Positions 58,270 through 64,000 of a stretch of DNA of 64,000 nt are shown here, piece after piece. Source of the DNA: an uncultured Candidatus Saccharibacteria bacterium (GTDB lineage: Bacteria; Patescibacteriota; Minisyncoccia; Phycocordibacterales; JAACPR01); contig CAZUCU010000001.1 in the NCBI GenBank assembly GCA_964618845.1, positions 468-64,467 of the forward strand. Reading direction: 5' to 3'. Under the pieces are notes generated by a model. The model ran no database searches. It was not told the origin of the DNA and saw nothing but the letters and a program-made list of their open reading frames with translations. Numbering within the stretch: the stretch's first letter is position 1; the number at the start of each line of letters is the position of its first letter. The translations under genes and the position numbers were made by a program.

Positions 58270-59367
58270 CTATCTTTTAGGAGGTAACTCTTCTTCTCTT
58301 TCAACTAAAATATCTTGGAATTTCTCTAAATTTTCAAGAATAATTCCAGTACCACGAGCAACGGCGGTCAATGACTCATTTGCCACATAAATTGGAATCT
58401 CAAGTTCTTGATTCAAAATCTCAGGAAGTCCTTTTAAAAGCGCACTACCACCAACTAAATAAATTCCCCGCTTCATAATATCAGACAAAATTTCTGGTGG
58501 AGTTGATTCCAATACTTCTTTGGCACCTTCAATAATAGAAACAACGGAGTGGGAAATTGCTTCTCTAATATCTGCATCAGTTACAATAACTTCTCGCGGA
58601 AGACCCGTGACTAAATCTCTACCTCTAATAGTCGTCTCTTCTGTATTTTTACCTGGTAAAACATTTCCTATAGCAATTTTAACATCCTCAGAGGTTTTTT
58701 CTCCGATCAAAATTTTAAATTCATTTCTTACATAATTCATTATATCATCATTAAATTTATCTCCTGCAATTTTTAAATTCTTTGATCTAACAATTCCCCC
58801 AAGAGAAATAACAGCAATATCTGTAGTGCCTCCACCAATATCAATTATCATATTCCCAACAGGATCAGAAATAGGTAGTTTAATACCAATGGCCGCCGCC
58901 ATAGACTCTTCAACAATATGTACTTCTCGAGCTCCAGCATTTAATGTGGCATCCCTGACTGCTCTTGATTCGACATTAGTTACTTCAGATGGCACCCCAA
59001 CAACAACTTTTGGACCAAAATAATTTTTGTTACCTTTTTGGGCTTTATTTATCAAATAATTTATCATTTCTTCGGTAACTTCAAAATCAGAAATAACCCC
59101 ATCAACAAGGGGTTTAATTGCCTCTATATGACCCGGGGTTCTACCAATCATTCTTTTGGCCTCTTCTCCAACAGCCACCACTTGACCAGTTTTGGTATTA
59201 ACTGCCACAACAGAAGGTTCATTTATAATTACCCCTTTATTTGGCACATAAACAAGCGTATTGGTTGTTCCCAAATCAATACCGATATTGCCAGAGAATA
59301 GGTTATAAAAATTCCCAACTCTGTTAATTAATCCCCTTATTTTCTTTCTCATATATTTACCAAACAT
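58270..59367 (-). CDS. mreB: Rod shape-determining protein MreB
   Basis: [30 protein letters not shown] and other actin-like MreB blocks. 365 aa. Confidence 0.9.
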   Translation of the reverse strand: MFGKYMRKKIRGLINRVGNFYNLFSGNIGIDLGTTNTLVYVPNKGVIINEPSVVAVNTKTGQVVAVGEEAKRMIGRTPGHIEAIKPLVDGVISDFEVTEEMINYLINKAQKGNKNYFGPKVVVGVPSEVTNVESRAVRDATLNAGAREVHIVEESMAAAIGIKLPISDPVGNMIIDIGGGTTDIAVISLGGIVRSKNLKIAGDKFNDDIMNYVRNEFKILIGEKTSEDVKIAIGNVLPGKNTEETTIRGRDLVTGLPREVIVTDADIREAISHSVVSIIEGAKEVLESTPPEILSDIMKRGIYLVGGSALLKGLPEILNQELEIPIYVANESLTAVARGTGIILENLEKFQDILVEREEELPPKR

Positions 59368-59431
59368 TTAGAATCTAAACATTTAGTAAATTTAAATATC
59401 TAAATGTCTATCTGTCTAAATGTCTAATTAC

Positions 59432-60685
59432 CTATACATTAAAATCACCCTCTACAATATCAAAAAAAGACTTATGTGTCATTTCTCCAGTTTTTCTATC
59501 TTTAACTTCAAAATTACCGTCTTCAATAGATCTTTTACTAACAACCACAGAATATGGTATACCAATCAAATCAGCATCATTAAACTTTTCGCCTGCCGAA
59601 ATATCTCTATCGTCAAATAAAACTTCTATATCGTTTGCCAGAAATCCTTCATACATTTTCTGTGCCTCTTCTATTACTTCCTTATCATTTTGGAGAGCAA
59701 TCAGATGAATTTGAAAAGGTGCAATTTCTTTTGGCCAAACAATTCCTTTGGCATCTGACAAAACTTCTACAATCGTTGCCATCAGTCTTCCAATACCTAT
59801 ACCATAACTTCCCATCCATGGATATTTTTCATTTCCTTCCCTATCTTTAAACTTTAAATTTTCAGCTTCTGCAAATTTTTGTCCTAATGAAAAAATATTT
59901 CCAACTTCAATGGTTTTTTTCTCCACTAAAGAAGTTTTATCAAGGTTAGCCTCTTTCAGATTTTCATCTGTCATAATATCTTTATTAATTCCTATCTTGG
60001 TTTGTTCATCAACATAAACCGTATCTTCTCCTGCTTCTGTTACGGTTTGAAATTCATGAGAATATTTTGAAAAAACACCACCACTTGCAAACACACAATA
60101 AGTCCTATCTCCAAGCCCAACTCTGTCAAAAATATTTATATAAGCTTTTTTGGCTCTTTCATAATATTCATCTTGTTCTTCTTTTGATTCACAATATGAA
60201 TATAAATCTTTCATTAAAAATTCACGACCGCGCATAAGCCCAGATTTAGCTCTAAGTTCATTTCGAAATTTTGTTTGAAATTGATAAACATAAATAGGTA
60301 AATCTTTATAAGAAGAGACGTGATCACGAAGCATATTGGAAATTGGTTCTTCGTGTGTAATTCCTAAACCAAGCTCAGTATCATTTTTTAATTTAGTTTT
60401 AAACCAAATATCTACTTTATTGTCATCCCATCTATCTGATGCTTTCCAAACTTCTGGGTTTTGTAAAGCTGTCATAGAAATTTCAACACCCCCAATTTCC
60501 TCCATTTCTTCTTTGATAATTTTTTTGATTTTTTCAAAAACTCTAACTCCAAGTGGCAAAAGAGCATAAACTCCTGCTAACTCCTTATGTATAAAACCGG
60601 CCCTAATTAATAATTGCGCATTTTGAGATGTTTCATCCTTTGGCACCTCCCTCCTCGTTTTTAAAAATAATTGACTGAATTTCAT
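59432..60685 (-). CDS. proS: Proline--tRNA ligase (short, editing-domain-less form)
   Basis: N-terminus QNAQLLIRAGFIHKELAGVYALLPLGVRVFEKI is ProRS-like. Class II core plus a C-terminal anticodon-binding domain. 417 aa. Confidence 0.8.
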   Translation of the reverse strand: MKFSQLFLKTRREVPKDETSQNAQLLIRAGFIHKELAGVYALLPLGVRVFEKIKKIIKEEMEEIGGVEISMTALQNPEVWKASDRWDDNKVDIWFKTKLKNDTELGLGITHEEPISNMLRDHVSSYKDLPIYVYQFQTKFRNELRAKSGLMRGREFLMKDLYSYCESKEEQDEYYERAKKAYINIFDRVGLGDRTYCVFASGGVFSKYSHEFQTVTEAGEDTVYVDEQTKIGINKDIMTDENLKEANLDKTSLVEKKTIEVGNIFSLGQKFAEAENLKFKDREGNEKYPWMGSYGIGIGRLMATIVEVLSDAKGIVWPKEIAPFQIHLIALQNDKEVIEEAQKMYEGFLANDIEVLFDDRDISAGEKFNDADLIGIPYSVVVSKRSIEDGNFEVKDRKTGEMTHKSFFDIVEGDFNV

Positions 60686-60727
60686 ATAGAATATATTAAC
60701 ATACTAATAATTTAGTAAATATAAAGT

Positions 60728-61321
60728 TTATCTTTCCCATACAATATGTCCGTTTATATCATGTTTTTCGAAAGTTTTTAAAATATCTGCACAAAATTTT
60801 ATAAGTTCTTTATTTTTTTCAGTTTTGGCCAATTCATAAAGTCGTATAAACATTTTCTTTCCTGTTTCTGTCTGTTTAAAATTTTTCTTAATAAAATTAT
60901 GTTGAGAACATAAAGTTTGGCCGTTTTCAATTGTTGCTTCTCCACCGAAATCTTTAGATTTAATATGATCAATATGCAATTCAACTCCTTCTTTTTTACC
61001 TCTGCCACAAATAACACATTTATATCCGTCTCTCTTCAGAATTTCTGTTTTTTGAGAATATGTAAAATCTTCTAATTTCCTTAAGTGAGCTTTTTTAGGA
61101 TCATACTTATAAATTCCTTTCGCTACTTTAACCAAAAAACCATTTTGTGATAGTTTTCTAATCGCTCGATCTGGATCACGAAAAATCTTACCTGTCCGTT
61201 TCTTATATGTTGAAACTACCCAATCAACAACTTCGGGATGTTTTATATCCCTTTTAGGATTTGATTTAAAAAATTCGATTATTAAATCTTGTTGAATTAA
61301 ATTATTTTTGTCTTTTTTCAT
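60728..61321 (-). CDS. HNH-family endonuclease: candidate restriction endonuclease of a Type II R-M pair
   Basis: CVICGRGKKEGVELHIDHIKSKDFGG ... NGQTLCSQHN HNH motif with flanking Cys. Directly downstream of a DNA methyltransferase. Confidence 0.7.
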   Translation of the reverse strand: MKKDKNNLIQQDLIIEFFKSNPKRDIKHPEVVDWVVSTYKKRTGKIFRDPDRAIRKLSQNGFLVKVAKGIYKYDPKKAHLRKLEDFTYSQKTEILKRDGYKCVICGRGKKEGVELHIDHIKSKDFGGEATIENGQTLCSQHNFIKKNFKQTETGKKMFIRLYELAKTEKNKELIKFCADILKTFEKHDINGHIVWER

Positions 61322-61324
61322 AAA

Positions 61325-62173
61325 TTATTTTATTAAAATTTCTTGATTAATTTTTGCTTCTTCTTTTAAACGTGTTATAGCAATATCACAATATTTTCTA
61401 TCAATATCAATTCCAATTCCAATTCTATTATGTAAATATGAAGCAATAAGAGTTGAACCACTTCCCAAAAACGGATCCAAAATTGTGTCCCTTTCAAAAC
61501 TAAATAATTTTATACATCGTCTCGGCAACTCCACAGGAAAAGGTGACGGATGCCCACCCGCTCCTTTTTTATTTTGTCCGGGAAAAGTCCAGATACCATA
61601 TGTCCAATCTAAAAATTCTTTTTTAGTAATATCATTTATTCTACTGCCACCAGTTTTTTTCCAACTATCTTTATATAAAACCAATATTAATTCAACAGGA
61701 GCTATAACATAAGGAGCAGAAGCTGACATATAAGAACCCCAAGCAGTTCGACGAGAAATATTTCCTTCATTCCAAATAATAGTTGAATGATATTTCCAAC
61801 CAATATCTTTTGCAATTTTTGTTATATCTGCACCAACAGATTTTTGACCACCTTTATTTTTATCTAAAGGAATATTTAATAATAATCGCCCCTCGATTTT
61901 TGCCAAATCAAAACATTTTTTTATCCATTTTTTAGTAAACTCCAAATATTCTTCATATGAAAGATTATCATCATTAGAATTGTAATGAATATCGACATTG
62001 TAGGGTGGTGAAGTAACAATAAGATCAATCGATTCATTGGGAATAGATTTTATAGTTAAAATATCTTCATTGAAAATTTTAATATTTTTAGTCTCAAAAT
62101 AAGGCCTTCGAGTTAAAATTTTTGAATTTTTTATATTTTTTTTTACTATTTGCATTGATTGGTATTCTAACAT
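61325..62173 (-). CDS. DNA methyltransferase, beta-class amino-MTase (N4-cytosine or N6-adenine)
   Basis: Motif IV SPPY (IVTSPPYNV) precedes motif I DPFLGSGST, the circular permutation typical of beta-group N4C/N6A methyltransferases. 282 aa. Confidence 0.8.
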   Translation of the reverse strand: MLEYQSMQIVKKNIKNSKILTRRPYFETKNIKIFNEDILTIKSIPNESIDLIVTSPPYNVDIHYNSNDDNLSYEEYLEFTKKWIKKCFDLAKIEGRLLLNIPLDKNKGGQKSVGADITKIAKDIGWKYHSTIIWNEGNISRRTAWGSYMSASAPYVIAPVELILVLYKDSWKKTGGSRINDITKKEFLDWTYGIWTFPGQNKKGAGGHPSPFPVELPRRCIKLFSFERDTILDPFLGSGSTLIASYLHNRIGIGIDIDRKYCDIAITRLKEEAKINQEILIK

Positions 62174-62280
62174 GTATTATATATACCATAAACAACATTA
62201 AATTTTCATAAAAAAGTGATAAAGAATTGATTAAATAATCCTTAGTTATCCACACAATTATATGTATTATTAATAAAATA

Positions 62281-63351
62281 TTAAAATAACTTCCCTATAT
62301 CAGAAATTGTAATGACAATCATTAAAATCAATAGAATTGCAAAACCAACAAAGTTTAAAACATTCGCCACTTTTGGATTTATGTTTCTTCTGGTAAGAAC
62401 TTCAATCAAAATAAACAACAATCTTCCACCATCCAAAGCTGGGAACGGAAGTAAATTCAAAATTGCTAAATTCACAGAAATAAATGCGGTAAAAATAATT
62501 AAATTAACAATCCCAGATTTGGCAGCTTCCCCCACAAGTCCAACAATGCCTATCGGACCAGCAATATTTTCAAGTTTAGCTTCTCCAGAAAAAGCATCAA
62601 AAATTAAATTTTTGAGAGCAATTGTTGTTTCTTTAAGTGTATATCCGGTCATCAAAAATCCATGCCAGAAAGATTTAAAAACATTTGTTTTGGTATTTAC
62701 AACATCTTCCATATAAAAACCAACGACTTCCCCATCACTCGTCTTTAATTTTGAATTAATCGCCACATCACCCTTGGAAGTTTTAAGTAAAAACGGCACA
62801 TTATTATTTTTTATATTTTGCAAAGCATCAGAAGAGTTTTTAAAATAAATTTCATTGTTTCCTTTCACTAAACCTAAAATTTGATCACCCTTTTTTATTC
62901 CTAATCTTTCGGCTGGAGTATTTTCTTCAACAGAAATAACTTGAATTTTAGAATTTTCGTTATTAACAAAAGAAAAAGTATCCTTGGAAACATCAAAACC
63001 AATTACAAATGCAACTCCAAACAAAAACCAAGCAAAAAATATATTAAACATAACACCGGCAACCAAAACTGAAATTTGTGTAAACTTGGATTTATTTACA
63101 AAAGAATCTTTTGCATTTTTAGCCATTGATTCTTCGTCAGGGTTTTCTCCAAAAATTTTTACATACCCCCCAAAAGGGATAAAGTTAAGAGCATACCTTG
63201 TACCACCTTTAACCCAAGAGAAAATCCGAGGCGGAAAACCGATTGCAAATTCATCAACTCTTATTCCACTTTTCTTGGCTACTAAAAAATGTCCAAGTTC
63301 ATGAACAAAAATGAGTGCACCAAGTATTATGATAAAAATTATTACAGACAT
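62281..63351 (-). CDS. rseP: RIP zinc metalloprotease RseP (site-2 protease, M50) with a PDZ domain
   Basis: HELGHFLVAK HExxH in the first TM. PDZ region. LDGG motif. 356 aa. Confidence 0.85.
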   Translation of the reverse strand: MSVIIFIIILGALIFVHELGHFLVAKKSGIRVDEFAIGFPPRIFSWVKGGTRYALNFIPFGGYVKIFGENPDEESMAKNAKDSFVNKSKFTQISVLVAGVMFNIFFAWFLFGVAFVIGFDVSKDTFSFVNNENSKIQVISVEENTPAERLGIKKGDQILGLVKGNNEIYFKNSSDALQNIKNNNVPFLLKTSKGDVAINSKLKTSDGEVVGFYMEDVVNTKTNVFKSFWHGFLMTGYTLKETTIALKNLIFDAFSGEAKLENIAGPIGIVGLVGEAAKSGIVNLIIFTAFISVNLAILNLLPFPALDGGRLLFILIEVLTRRNINPKVANVLNFVGFAILLILMIVITISDIGKLF

Positions 63352-63902
63352 TATGATCTAATTTCTTGTTCTTTTAATTTAAATTTACTATCTAACTCTT
63401 TTGTTTTTTCATCGACTAACTTTTGAATTTCATCTTTTTTTCTTTTTAAATCATCTTCAGACATTGCGCCTTCTTTCTCTAATTTTTCTAAAGATTTTAT
63501 AATATCCCCCCTTTCATTTCTAATAGAAATTTTAGCTTCTTCAGTTTTTTTGTGGGCCTGTTTTATAAGCTGTTCTCGAGTTTCTGATGTCAAATCTGGA
63601 AATTTAACTCGAACCCCTTCTGCATCTGTTAAAACAGAGACTCCAAGATCAGCCTTGGTAATAGCGCTTTCTATTGCTCTTACCAAACTTTTATCCCAAG
63701 ATAAAATTCTTATAGATTTTGAATCTTCTATATTAATGGAAGCCAATTGATTTATTGGGGATTTAGTTCCATAAGCTTCTACAACAATATCGTCCAATAA
63801 ATTAACTGTGGCTCGACCAGTTCTAATAGAAGAAAATTCTCTAACAAGCCAAACAACCACATCATCAAGCTTCTTTTTAAAAGTATTTATATCTGTATTC
63901 AT
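63351..63902 (-). CDS. frr: Ribosome-recycling factor
   Basis: 183 aa. Conserved RRF blocks (VREFSSIRTGRA ... RIKFPDLTSETR). Confidence 0.9.
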   Translation of the reverse strand: MNTDINTFKKKLDDVVVWLVREFSSIRTGRATVNLLDDIVVEAYGTKSPINQLASINIEDSKSIRILSWDKSLVRAIESAITKADLGVSVLTDAEGVRVKFPDLTSETREQLIKQAHKKTEEAKISIRNERGDIIKSLEKLEKEGAMSEDDLKRKKDEIQKLVDEKTKELDSKFKLKEQEIRS

Positions 63903-64000
63903 AAGTAAATTTTAACAGAAAAGTCTATACATTCAAAGCAACAGTCTCAAGTAAAATTTTTATTGAGGCACCATTTAAATTTATATATTTTCTCGCATTC

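Overview
The window is AT-rich (roughly 30% GC) and codes almost continuously. Its gene content suggests a small-genome bacterium, probably of the Candidate Phyla Radiation / Patescibacteria type; this is inferred from gene content and compact, Shine-Dalgarno-poor starts, not from any search.

Core gene blocks:
- A ribosomal / RNA polymerase cluster: infA, rpsM, rpsK, rpsD, rpoA, rplQ, rplM, rpsI.
- A grpE-dnaK-dnaJ heat-shock operon.
- Cell-wall and division genes split into two blocks: dacA, mraY, ftsW, murG, an M23 peptidase and a FemAB-like gene on the + strand; mraZ, rsmH, ftsL, ftsI and a MurF-like ligase on the - strand.
- A rod-shape set (mreB, mreC, a possible mreD, PBP2).
- Six aminoacyl-tRNA synthetases: alaS (a short form), trpS, gltX, cysS, lysS, proS.
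- dnaB, recR, rmuC, scpAB, greA, frr, rseP, ctpA, corA-like, mltG, mnmA, and ribosomal proteins L27, L9 and L21.

Accessory content:
- A small cluster at 4.1-6.5 kb with a transglutaminase-like protein, a SET-domain protein and an ATP-cone::Mrr-like nuclease fusion.
- A PemK/MazF-like toxin with no visible antitoxin.
- A tRNA-Glu(CUC) followed by a roughly 5-kb horizontally acquired island (43.2-48.35 kb) carrying an IS481-type element, GC-rich cargo genes of unknown function and repeat-containing proteins.
- A Type II restriction-modification pair (HNH endonuclease plus a beta-class amino-methyltransferase) at 60.7-62.2 kb.

Unusual non-coding signals:
- A recurrent TCTGTTA(A/T)AATA extended -10 motif immediately upstream of start codons, consistent with leaderless mRNAs.
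- Two families of purine-rich heptamer tandem repeats (GAGAAGC-like and GAAATCC-like) that also occur in-frame inside mnmA and recR.
- A perfect 23-bp inverted repeat upstream of grpE.
- A roughly 100-bp hairpin-containing element present twice, with compensatory stem substitutions.
- A family of small CCCGT-loop-ACGGG hairpins.
- A MITE-like element with about 34-bp terminal inverted repeats between lysS and mraZ.
- A GC-rich structured region ending in a strong intrinsic terminator upstream of trpS.

All protein calls rest on motifs I recognised by eye in the supplied translations; no database searches were run.
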